Below the pieces are notes generated by a model. The model worked only from the letters and a program-made list of their open reading frames with translations. It did no database searches and was not told the origin of the DNA. A DNA stretch of 64,000 bases from assembly GCF_964355755.1 (NCBI RefSeq), contig NC_092675.1:6691812-6755811 (forward strand). Direction: 5' to 3'. Source of the DNA: Antedon mediterranea (taxonomy: Eukaryota > Animalia > Echinodermata). Positions 26,268 to 39,900 of the stretch are shown here, in pieces (the stretch's first letter is position 1; every line of letters begins with the position of its first letter). The translations under genes were made by a program, and so were the position numbers.

Positions 26268-26460
26268 CTAGTGAGGCAGGTGTAGTATCTGCCTCAGACC
26301 TCTGGTTAAGGTGGGCACTGGACGAGAGAAGCCCTTGATCAATGTTAGGACCAATCAAGGTGCTTTAAACAGTCCTGGCTTTGTTTTTATCAAACCTGTT
26401 AGTGGCGGTAATTGTCGCTGTTGGTTTCGATTGAATAAAATAAAAAAATTAAAATAAAAT
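26268..26460 (+). mobile_element. 3' end of a retroposon (LINE/SINE) inserted into a family-A MITE
   Basis: Interrupts the consensus gatgatgtc|(a)tatcactacc and ends in AATAAA plus a (TAAAA)n-like tail. Confidence 0.6.
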
Positions 26461-27759
26461 TATCACTACCATATATGGGCATATCACCAGCTAGACTTGC
26501 CCAAGTCTGTATTCATTGTCTTCTTTTACGTATTTTTTAAATTTCGATTTTTGTCTAAAAATACAGTACCAAGTTCAAGTGGTATACGTATAAAACGCCA
26601 TATGTGCAAAAATAATTATCTTTTTACTAATAAGACCCAGACTAATCACCAGCATATTTTAGCACATCACACTTTTTTGTCGAACTAGTTTGACAGAGCT
26701 TAATAAGTTTATGAAGCCATTTAAAGAAGAATTGTCCTTGAACATAAAATAATACCAATTTCGTTATTAAGCATAAACACGAATCCTGTTAAACAAATGG
26801 ATGCGCGCTAATCATCATAACAGGAGTAAAAGAAAAATGCAATCCGTTATTCGATTCCCTGTACTCACGTCTCGATGACATTATTATGTCCAGTTATAGG
26901 CGAATTCCGTAATTTACTATCACATTGTATCACATGTGTAGTCTGTATTATGCTAAGTTTGGTGCAGCTGTCATATGTGATACATATGACAATGTATTAT
27001 ATCCTACCATCAGTATCATGCCTATAAAACTGTACAAGTTATAGATACACTACCGTGAATCGATGTCTTATAATTGATAAGGTATATTGTCACAAAATGT
27101 AGTTTTTATTTTTATTACTAACTATAACAAACGTTAAATAAACACATATGTTGGAATAAATGCATCAAAAACGAATAACAGTCAAAAAAGGTTAGATCAA
27201 GTCCAACACATAAACACCAACTTAATAACTATTATATAACTGGAACCAATAAACATCGTACCGTAATCAAACACGCAGTAGAGACGCCATCAAAATAATG
27301 TTGAAAACCAAAATACACGGGAGAAACAGCCGAATCCGAATAATAGTCTGTGCCGCCAAATTTATATAAAAAATTAGTATTTTTGGTTTAGAAACCATTA
27401 TTTCTGATTCTTAACATTTTACGTTTAAAATTAAAGCACTAAAACAGAAAATAGACATTTATAAATGTGGGATATATGTGTTTTGATAATTCCTAAACAG
27501 GCTTCCATTACAAACTAATCATTGGCATGTAAGCATCGACGTTTTCAAACGATTGTGAATTTTATTAGGTCCATGCATTACAATGATTATATAATCTTAA
27601 GATATACACAGTAGTATTAAAATAATAAATTAGTTTTCTTTTTAAAAAGGTCTAAATTTTAAACAGACTTGATGGAGATATAATTGTGTTTGTTCTATAA
27701 AATAAATGACGAGTTTTAGTTTTGTTAGAAAAACCAAAACAAGTGAACACGTTGATAGT

Positions 27760-28085
27760 TAAGCTTCGTTCTCACTTGGACACAACACAAGGACCTAGCC
27801 GCAACGCAAGCGAGTTGGCCAATGACAAGCGACAGTTCGAATAATTCATCGCTTGTGATTGGTCAAATCACTTAAGCGTGGTTCCCACTAGTGACGCAAC
27901 GCAAGGACGTAACGCAACGCAAGTGAATTGACCAATCACAAGCAATGACTTATTCGCTTGTGATTGCTAACTGTCTATAACTTCGCTTTTTATTGGTTAA
28001 AACGTTTGCGTTGCGTTTACGTCCTTGCGTTACGTTCTAGTGGGAACCAAGCTTTACGTTGCGCTTACGTCCTTGCGTTGCGTCC
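27760..28085. mobile_element. Family-B MITE containing a nested family-B MITE (27875-28053)
   Basis: The inner copy agcgtggttcccactag...ctagtgggaaccaagct is flanked by TTA (27872-74) and TTA (28054-56). The outer flanks rejoin to match the uninterrupted copy at 17277. Confidence 0.85.
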
Positions 28086-29822
28086 TTTATAGCAAATACA
28101 TGGGCAGTGATGAATATATTATTTTCAAATAGGACAATGCTCACTGTTTAACTTAACTAACTTTTTCAAAACACAAAGATGATGGTCCATCTTTAAAAAG
28201 AGGTAGAGACAGATAAGGTTAGTTTTACAATTTTTTAAAATTTATTTTGTTTATTTATTTTATTTCAACAATATTTTACGAGGGTGTTCCATGCAGCCGA
28301 AGCTGAATCATTAAGGACCCTCACAAAAAAATTAGTGCAGATACAAATAACAGCAACAATTCTTTGTGGTTTTTGTCAACATTATATTACTTATCGATCT
28401 AGTTAGCAGTAAAATTATCCATCTATTATCTCGTCCATCTATTTACCATTGTTAAAACGAACCAATTTGTCCCCACCAACAGCCGGCCACCATATTCATA
28501 TTAACCTATATTTCAAAAAAGGTTAACACGCTACCTGGAAATTTTAATTCTTACAGATGTTTACAATTTTATAAGTAGGGCCTAAAAAATCCTATACAAC
28601 ATAAACCATTAATCAGTCGTTATTTTAGGTACATTCCCCTTTTCAACAAAATGATAAAGCACGCAATAAGCACACAATACCTTGGAGTAACTTGGAAGAA
28701 AATTGATCAAGCTCATTCTTACTTTAAGCTATAAAATTTATAAAACCTGTATTGAATGTTTGAACAATTACGTATGCTCATTAAAATGGGACACTGCAGA
28801 ATTATGACCACAATCCATCATTCCATTTGTTACCATGGTAGCGTTGCAATTTTCAATCTAAGTATTCTAAATTATCGCATAAAGGAGATCAACACGGTTG
28901 TTTGTAGATTAACATATTTATTAAAAATAACACTGCAACTAAATGTTAACGGCAAAACGCCTATAGCTTGGTTCACAAGCTAGGACCCAATGTAAACGAC
29001 ATAAGCACGACTCACGCGAGATGACAATTACACTGAGAAAGTTCGAATAATCGACAGATTGTGATTGGTCAACTCACTTGCGTCGCGCTTACGCAGTTAT
29101 GTTGCGAGCTCTAGTGCGAACCAAACTTAAAGCCCTGTCTACACAATAAAATTAGTTCAACAAAAAAGTGTGAGGCCTACTCAAGTATGGTAGTGATATG
29201 ACAACATCATGTCTATATAATTTATGGGCACATCACATTTTTTTCCACAAAGTTTGATAGTGTAGACAGAGCTTGCTTAAGAAACAGCTGATCATTGTAA
29301 AATGGTAAACAACTGTTGTAATAGAGAAAAAAGTTCTTGGTGGATTTTCTGTTTGATATGCGCGCAGATACCACCACTGCGGTTTTTATTGTCTGTTCAA
29401 TTGAGTATCAATTAATGAAAATTGTTGCTGTAATTGTTTATTGGTATACAAATAGCAGTCTTTTCTCCCATGCAAAGGCTAGCAAAAAACAAAACAAAAA
29501 CACCAATTGCATGTTTTTGGAAAATACTTGGTAAACATTTTGATCTGACACCAGTATATTTATTTTCAACAGATTCAACATGTGTTTTGTAGTCACTGCA
29601 GCCAGCTGTTGATTGTCAGTGCAGTCTCTAATATAGACAGCATAATAATTTGTTATTGAAAAATAATAATACAAAAATTAAACATTACATATACAGAAAA
29701 CAATATTACCATATTTTTTTCTAAAATAGTTGTTTCTATTTGAATGTACAATGAAACTGGATTTTTTTAAATCTATAGACCAATGGTTGGTAATATGAGT
29801 TAAGGTACGTAGAAAAGCGAGG

Positions 29823-30998
29823 CTTATTTTTCAAAGGTGGTTATTTTAATACATGGTTATTTTAATACATGTAGTGTACTTATTCAACTGGCACTTATTC
29901 AAATGACGTGCTTATTCAAATGAGGTACTTATCTAAATGTGGCACATAATTGTTATAATGTGGCACTATCAGGTGGTTATTCAAATGAGAAAGGCTATTC
30001 AAATGGAGCACTTATTATAATGTGGCAGTTATTCAAACCAGATGGCAATCCAACACTTGGGACAGAGAGTTGTGAAGGGTCTCTTGTTTTTAGCCTTTGG
30101 GTAAAGCCAATGCATGCTCATGGCCACTTTTTGAACTCCTACTTTAGATTTTTCTGTATAAACAGATGGAACTGGATTTACACGCCAATACATCTTTTTT
30201 CTGTGTGAATGCACGATTTTGTCATCAGATTTCACTCTAATAGAGATGCTTCAGCTATACACTATTTATGTAACTAAAAAATGTAATTTTCCCATATATG
30301 GCATCATATCACTACCATATTTGGCCATATCACTACCATATTTGGGCATATCACTACCATATTTAGCCATATCACTACCATATTTGGCCACATCACACAT
30401 TGTTTGATAGTGTAGACAGACCTTTAGACCACCTTCTAATTACGTGCTAGCTCAGTATATATTTAACAGCAGACGACCTTTTATAGATAGTGAATGATCT
30501 GTCATTTCAACTCTCTGTTTTTATGTGTATGTACTTCATTGTTTTCTTCAGTTGCCATGGCAGCTACGACACTACAAGAAGAATTTCCGTCGACTTGTTT
30601 CCATTTCATGTCGCTGCAAAACAAAAATATATTGCTATTAATTATTAAGTATTACAAAGAGAAAGGTAAATTTGAAAACAATAATCAAACAATACATTAC
30701 ATTTTTTACATTCATTTGTTGTGGTATATTCCTTCCATTACTCATATGAGTCTAATGTCTATGCACAGACATTTATTAAATTTGTTTTTTTTTTATTTTT
30801 CAAATGAGGTGGTTATTTAGAATACATGTAGTGTACTTATTCAACTGGCACTTATTCAAATGACGTGCTTATTCAAATGAGGTACTTATACAAATGTGGC
30901 ATTTATTATAATGTGGCACTATCAGGTGGTTATTCAAATGAGAAAGGCTATTCAAATGGAGCACTTATTATAATGTGGCAGTTATTCAAACCAGATGG
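29823..30998. repeat. Two ~190-bp direct repeats (29823-30045 and 30795-30998) built from ~17-bp cacttattcaaatg units
   Basis: Near-identical blocks offset by ~957 bp, with the RPF1 terminal coding exon between them. Confidence 0.85.
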
Positions 30999-33900
30999 TT
31001 ATTTAATAAGGTGGTAAATTGCCAATAGCACTTATTCTTATTCAAATAAAGTGGTTATTTGAGAAGTACTTATTCAAATGTAGCAATGATTAACTGCTAT
31101 TTTTCATTGCATTGAGGATAACTTAGCACAGTTTAACCTGGAATATTGCAATTGGCTGATGAAACAAATTATCAACATGTACAGCACCCACTAAAACGTG
31201 GTTCACACTAGCGACGCAATATAACGCAATCTGCGCAATGTAAGAAAATGCCCTTTTAATAATTGTGTTTTCCCACGCCTGCGTGAAGTTAAACCTGCGA
31301 TGTTTGCAGCACTATTGCATCATTGGTTCCCACTTTTACGCAATACAGCACTTTGCATCAATACGTTGCTGCATTGCGTTCTAGTGGGAACCACGCTTAA
31401 GTGTGACGTAAACTAAGGAATGCATGTATGTACAGTATTCCGATATCAAATAGCAATGTTAACAGTTGTATTGTATAAAGCCCATATGTTGTTTGTGAAT
31501 AAACAAAGATGTCAAACAACTAAGACAAACAATCACTGTACTACTTGAGGTGTCTATCAATTAGGTGAAATAATAAATTACAATTTAATTAATTGCATTA
31601 TGTATTAATTAGGATATGTGGCACACGTAAGTGGAATCAGAAATAAGTCACATAGGTAGATGTGTATAGACAGCCAAAAACAATGAAAGGCTAAACAAAT
31701 CTAATTTTTTTTAATGGAAAATAACAGTTGAAACAGTATTTAATTAAATTACTTTGGTGTTTTTTTCTATTTTTATAAAAATAAATGCAGGAATGTTAAC
31801 ATTTTGTGTCGTAAGTTGGTTAAAAAATGGTATAAATTGTGTACGATTTAAATTAAAAATGTTCTCATGGGTTGTTTTTGATAAAAATTAAGTATAATAG
31901 TTAATGAAATAGGTATGAAAATTCATTGAAATACAACAATAGAAATACCCTTTACTAAGGCGTAAACTTAAACTCACTGTTTTTGTACTTGTAGTCATTT
32001 CTTGTTAGTTAACTTTAAAAGCATTTTATCAAAACACTGATTGTAACAATAATAACAATAATTTAGATGTTCTACTTGTCCTTGTATATACTGCTCAAAT
32101 TAATGTACAGCGCTTTCGTCTTTTTTTGGATAAGCGCTTTATAAATCCAGTACAGTATAATCAATCAATCAATCAATCAATCGTTAGATTTATATAGCGC
32201 CATTCCAACATTCATTGCTCATGGCGCTGTAGAAAAAATCAGAAAAGGTGAGTTTTGAGTAGTGACTTAAAGTGACTCAATAACGATGTGTGTTTAATGT
32301 TCAAGGGTAGGTGGTTCCAGAGCCTAGGTCCAGCAACACTGAAAGTCCGATCTCCCCAACACTTTAGACTGAGATATCTCTGGAAGTAGACATGGACTAA
32401 TTTTTTCAGTATTTTAAATATTGGATTTAGTTTCAGTATTTGTGAAATTATCAATTTTGAAAATTCCAACTTACTGTATGTCTGATTTTGCTTGAGTGTG
32501 CCACAATTATAATAACCAGGTCAGATTATGAAGTATTATGCTAAAGTATACCGTAACTGAAATCAAAATATTGTAATATTGTCATAATTATTCCTTTGGC
32601 GCCATATAGATTAACACACTTGGATCTCAGAGTCAGGACTTCAATAATGATCACCATTGTTATAATAGGCCAAACATTTTCCAAGGTTTTCAGCAAGAAC
32701 ACTATAATAAGAATTTGGGAGATCTTGAGAACCTTTACATTATTTTACAGACAACCAGTACAATACTAAATTGCGTTTCTTTTTGATTTCCTGTCCAATC
32801 ACAGTGGTAAATTTTATACCAATTATTATTTACTCAAAATAATATTATAAATTATTGATTTATGAATCAGAATCCTAAAAATAAAAATTAATAAACTAAT
32901 AAAGCTATTGTATATTACACAAAGATGCTTTCATCACTTAAAATACATACTTTTAATAGCGCAATTGTTGTTTTATTGATTTTTATATACTGTATCATTC
33001 TTGAGAGTTTAAGGATAATTATCATTATTGTTTGGTTTTGCATGCAATTTATATGCAAATTTCAGGTCTATAATGAAGTTATATACTATGCAGTATCTCT
33101 TACGATAATAATACGGAACTTACGAAAGCATGATGCAGCATTTTTTTTAGATGTAACATACTGTGAAAATACTAATTTTTCTATCGCGAGACGAGATTCA
33201 TTGTTGCCTGGTGGACTTGGCTTTCGTATGCATTGATACAGGGATCGGCATCTAAGCCTGTCATGGTTGACTGACTTCCGTGTCTTACTACTATGTGTCT
33301 ACCTCGAAAGCTAGCTCCCTATAATACATGTTGACATTCCAACAATGTAAAAAATAAGTACATGAAAAATGTGACTAAAGGTCATTATTCTGGTTAATGC
33401 GAAACCTACAATGAAACATTATCAAATGTTGTTATTTCTGCATTTAAAAGATTGTTTCAATACATTTTTTAGAATGTTACATTTGTATTTTACTGTAATG
33501 TATTAATAATAAGAATAATAATGTTTAATTAAATATATGCCAAATGCACAGCGCCTCTAAGCACTGAAAAATCAACAGAAAAAAATTAAAGAGCAAAAGA
33601 TTAATGATGAAAGTGCAAATTAAAAAGGTGGGATTTGAGGAGTTGTTTGAATGTCAATTCAGCTTTCCTGATGAGTTTAAAAGAGCGTTCTAAAGAACAG
33701 CAGGGTTGGAGCTTTTATTGTCTTTTAAATTCACAACAGTCAGTTAATGGGTTATAAAACAAATAAGAAATCATTTCTATTTATGGACTGGATTAAATAT
33801 TTTCATCTGTTAATATGTAATAGTCTAACATAAGGAAAATATTCTATACTTATATAACTATAACAATCGGTATTTAAACAAACTATTAGGGTGTATTTGA

Positions 33901-36900
33901 TGTAAAGGTACGAATACACAATAGATGTTTCATATTATTTTAATATTTTGATAAAAATGAAATGAGTTGAAAGATGGAGCACTAAAGTAGAAATTATAGT
34001 CATTTTTTTTTCTCAAATTGTCCTAATTTTATTAGAACTATATTATGATTTTTTGTTAAAATATTGGACAATAAATTGAACCAGTTGGCCAATAATTATC
34101 ATTATTATTAGGATTATATTACATATTATTGGATGTCAAACCAATCAAGTATAAGAACGAGCTAAATTGGTTCTGCATCATTGATTTTTAAAGAGTTGGA
34201 TTTCTATTGGAAAATTGCAATTAAAAATCCAATCATAAGGTTAGAGGTTGATTTGTCATTGTTCGAGAATCTTTTGTGAGAAAAATAATAAAAATATGGT
34301 AGCGTAATACACACAAGTGTCAATTAGATTTTGAATTGTGTTATTTTAACACTAAGTTTTCGAGAATGTTGCTTAGGAATAAAACTTGATTTTTTTCCAC
34401 GGTTAACTTTTGTCAGTGTGGATTGAGGATTAGATGATCAATTGTTGCATGGCAACAATAATGATGTACACAATTGAGTGTAACATGAGTATGTTTATCT
34501 TTGAGCAACTATGAAAAGACAATTTACATTGACCTTTTCCACTAAGGTATAATAATATGCTTTGACTTTTCCTGTCCTAACAAAATAGAAACAAAAATTT
34601 TTTGTCACATAAAGTTTGATAATGTAGACAGAGCTTTAATCTTTGAGAATTTCGGAGTAAAACTATGGACAGTGGTGCTGAAAGAAGTCTTCTAAAGTAA
34701 AGTATTTAAACTTTCATTTATGCCTGTAGAATGGAAGTGGTCACGTTTTGGTACAAGAGTTATACACCACTCAACAGTGATGTCATTTTACAGAAAATAC
34801 TAGAATACAAATAATGAATATTTATGAGCGTGATGGCACAAACAAGGCAATCTAACAACAGGACAATGAGCTTGCTTTGACAAGATAGGAACTCGTAACC
34901 GTCCTTTGATCTTATGTCTGGCTTCGACAAAAACCAACAGTGCTGTACTATGTACATATTCTCCACGGCGCTCAGTTAAGAGGCGTGTAACTGATCGTGT
35001 CGAGGTCACAGATAAACCTTTTGATTTCCGGAGCTCAGCATCATATTGCTAGATTGCCTGGATGTAAATTTTGTCATCAGGTGACAGAAAAATACATTTT
35101 CATCCATTACCTAAAATTATCTATTTCGTTGTGACATGAACATAAACCATTTATTTTATAACACACCTTTAAATAAGAAGAGGCTAGACCAAGGCCGGCC
35201 TAAACCATCCGAAAAGACACTGCTCTAATATAAGATGGGGAGTATAAAAATTATAGATGGTGTACACTAAAGGTTGATTGAATGTGAAACATCAGCCTAA
35301 CCTTGGTTCGTGTGTGTAGTTGCTCTCTGTATAACAAAATCAAACATGCAAAACGAAATTGCAGTACTTGATAAACAAAATCTATTCTAGTCTATTTTAT
35401 ATACTACTACTTTATGTGAGATGCTCTTTCAACCAATTGTTAGACAGTGCATGAGCCATAAGATAAAATGTTATACCTTTCATAGATCATTGAATAATGT
35501 GCAAGAAACACTGTATACACAATGGGGATAAAGTGATTGGATATATATCTTAAATATCTTAACATAAATGTATTATATAAATTATAACAATATTGATGAT
35601 TTGTAACATTTTTTTTACATAAATGACCGTAATACCATTTGTATAGCTTCTAACATAATTAAAAATAACTCATTGTTAATTATACGGGGTAGTGCTGAAT
35701 AAATAAGGATTTCAAAGAATAATGGAAGGCTAATGTATTGAAATAATTTTGAGAAAAACTGACTTACTGTAAGTGAGAGAAAGACAACCTCAATTTGTTG
35801 CAGTGGAGATTAAGAGAGATCTATTCTGATGTATTGATATTGAATCGTACTCCTTATCTAGCAGGAGATGGGGAGGGGGTGGTGGGCAGGAGAGGGTGGT
35901 TGAGGAAGCACTATGGTTGTGCACTCACATATTTTACAGGCAAAATGAAAAATGTGGGTTGTTTGGGCTCAAGAACAAAACTGTTTTTAAAGCCATCTAT
36001 AAAATCTAATCTACAAAATAGAGAAACTTCAAAAAACAATTGGAATAAACTTAAGTAAGTAGTAAGTATAACCCTTCTTAAGGAGACCTTTGGGACTCGT
36101 GAAATGATTCCCTTAACAGTGGTGTATAGGGTTGGCTGTTAGTGCTAACACATATATTTTTCTCGTTTGTTTCACAGGAAAGTGTCCTCTTAATAGGGGT
36201 GTCCCAAGGTTATTTTGTATAGACAGCTAAATGTGGGTCAACAATTCAAATCCTTATACTCAACATATTAGAACGTTTTCCGTTTTTATTTTTTCTACCG
36301 GGTAGCCTCTTCAGTTTAAGACCCAGTGTATATATATAATGAGTTTGTGACAGTTGCTGTGTGTGAACTAGTATACTGGGGTAACCCCATACTCGTCTCG
36401 AAAGATGTATTAGGTTCTTTAAAGTGCACATGAGCCAGATGTGTATACTGGACCCACGGTTTACAGTCCTTATCCGAGAAGACTTGTTCTACCACCAGAA
36501 CCATGGAGCGAGTGAACCTCGAACCTTTGTCGATGTTATGGTTATGAATTATGGTTCCAGTGTCTTAACCGCTTGGCCACTCACTAGCTCCTTTATATAT
36601 CATCATAAGCAAACGCCTTGAGAAATAAATTGGAAACACAATATACAGTATACATACAAGATTGTCATTCATGCTAAAAATTCTCTTGTGAAGAAAGGAA
36701 ATAGATTGCATTAGCATGTTGAGTAATTAATAACAGCACCTGGAAATTGTAGGTTAGCATCTTAAAATAATTGTTATTCACGATTTGTAATAAATGAATT
36801 ATGTCATACAGCCAATGTTTTCCTAAAACTAATCAAATTTAAGTCAGAAGACGTTGGATAATAAAGTGAAGGTTCTGGAAGGTAATTTTGACACCTTGGG

Positions 36901-39900
36901 CGTAACATATATTAATTTCACAATGTCAATACCTATTGAATTACGTCTATCTAGTCTATAATAAATTAACTGTACAAAATATCAATTTGGAATAAATACA
37001 TACAAAAATGATTAAAATATGAAAATAATTATCTAATCACATTGAACATACCAGAGTATGAACTAAGTAACCCTATTGGTCTATCGGACTTTGAATATGT
37101 TATTTTGTAGTTTTAATAAAATTAATAATAATAGTTCATTCTAAGCACTGAACATTATTACCCCAGTCATTTTTTTTTGGGATCAAACACGTATGGAAAC
37201 ATACTCCCATAATGCAACTAGTAATCAGCTCAAAGTTGTGTCTTGATCTAACCGGGTACCTATTTATACACCTGGGTGGAGAGAGGCAAACGTAAGTAAA
37301 GTATCTTGACTAAGGATACAAGCAATGCAGCAAGAGTTGGATTCGAACCTCGGTCTTACGATCAGTAGTCCAACGTCCAACACCCTGCGCCACACGAAGT
37401 TAATCAATTCCGTAGAAAAAACTTTACAAATACTGTTTTCACTTATAAAATGACCAGCCAAATAGCAGCCAATTTGCCCATTTTATGCTTTAAATTAGTT
37501 TTTTCAGGTAAATACATTTTTTTTCGATCCAATTTTGGTCAAAGTGGATAACTATTATGTTACATGAAATGGCATATTCAAGAAAAATTTTGTTAAGAAT
37601 AATTTTTTCAGGGGGACAATACATCTTTAAGCATTACATTAAAAAAAAAATTGCATAAATGAGTAAACTTTCTATAGCACCCTCTATTCTGTATCTTAGA
37701 TTTAATTAGTAATTTAATTTTAGCAAGACTAAATTCATTAACACAAAATAACCCAAACAGAATGAAACAAATCTGAACTGTTCCTTAAACTGATACTTGG
37801 GCAACATACAATTTTTTAAGCCTAATTGAAAATATCGAGGAAAACTATAGAGATAAAACACTACATCCTACTGATGTCTGTAGGCAGGTGAAGAGGAAGA
37901 TAAAATGTGTATCAATCAATCAAAAATTGTAACTCTTCTAGGGATTAACAACATACAACATTACACTACAAAATGAGGCATGAATTGAAAAATATATGGT
38001 GCCGTTTTATACAGCATTGATGTTGAATTTGTCAAAATATATGTATCAATTTTGTTGTATTGTTATGTATATATAGAATAAATTTTAAACCGCCCGGTAA
38101 TACACTAATATTAACACTTTCACTGCCAAAGACGGAAATATCCGTCTTTCGATGCCCAGCGCCAGACCGCCAAAGACGGAAATTTCCGTCTTTGGCTTTT
38201 TATTGCACAATTTGTTAGATCAGGTATATATGGACCGCATGTAGAAATTTCAACATCCAAATTGATCTGGACCGCAAATATTTTGATACTTTATTAACCC
38301 CTAGTGCCATTGACCCAGCTGGCCTACATCGCGTCCTATCCGTAAACAACATAATGTGCTTACTGCAGACGAAGCAATTGCAGAAATATTTGCCGACTCT
38401 GACTCTGAAAATGAGTATATTATCCCCAGATGATGAAGGTATATTTGTACCTAAATCTGGTTTATAAAATGTAATAAATTTTTTAACTTTTGGTATTTGT
38501 TATTTCATTTTTTGTTCATTTTTTTTTATAATGTGTACAGTGCGACCAATGTAGGTATTTTCTTGTAGGATAAATGAAATGTATATACATAATATTGTTA
38601 ACTGTAGTTAAATATGATTTATACTGTACCTTGTGAACCCATTCATATTCTCCAAACTTTGAATCAAACGTTCCCTTCTGTAACGACCGTAACTTTAGAG
38701 TGAACTTCGGTCCCAGTTGTTGAAGACCTACCTTTTTCCCATCTTTGAAAATGTACCTAAAATAAAAATTTAATCTTAAGACTTTGGATTTAAAATATGG
38801 TGGTTGTACCCATCTACCAATTACAGATTCTGGGTCCAAATCTCTTATCAGATCAGAAGTTTTTTGCTCTATAAAACAACTCAACTCCTAAAGAAGCTAA
38901 AGTAAAGTTTAAAAAAAAAGTATGGTACAACATGTGTTTATAAAATAGAAATAAAGTAAAGTTGACAATGTCTCAACGTTTCTGTTGATATGCAGCTAAA
39001 ACAGTCTTCTGAAGTTTAAAGCTCTGTCTACATTATCAAACTTTATGTGACAACAAAATGTGATGTGTCTATACATGGACATGATGATGTCACTACCATA
39101 TTTGGGCACATCAAACTTTTTTTGTCAAACTAGTGTGATAGTGTAGACAGAATTTTAAAGTAGATTGCTGTCAATTGTCTTTCAAAAAATTACAATATAA
39201 AATATAATTTGAAATAATTTGTTATACTTATTTTACAACATACCTATGATGTCTAAAGAAAATAAAATCACGTTGATTGTGAAAAGTGACTACTCGGCGT
39301 CCAACAAAGTCGGGATCGTGTGAAAACAACGATGCTATAAGCCTACCAACAGTGTGTCCTAGTCGTGTGTTAAAATTGTTCAATACCAGCTCAGGTTTGT
39401 GTTCAGTTGGTGTGCTAGAATTCTAAAACAAAAATCATAACTTTGCTACTAAATACTGTAAATAAAATCATAAATTAAAAATTCAAGTTCGGCCTTTCCC
39501 TATCATTTTTACACATTTAATCTTTAAATAATCTTTATATTTATTTATGATTAACCAATTATTAACTACATTAACCAATATGTTTGTTGTCGTGTTTGTG
39601 TGTCTTACATGCAAAATACTGGGACAACCTTTCCAATGCGACGTATATCGAACTACTGAATTTACTGATTTTTTTGCTAGTTTATTTATTACTGAATTAT
39701 ATAATGATTTGTTTACCTTAATTTCTTTTCTTAGTTTAAGATTTGTTAATTTAAAATGTGCAGTAGGGCCATCTGGAAGATGACATAATAAAAGTCCAGC
39801 TAAAAGTGTGTGTTAAGTGTTATAGTAATAACATAAAAATATATTTAAGAACTATTGATGCAAACCAAGTGTGTGCAGACTTGGAAGGGAAAATACCACA

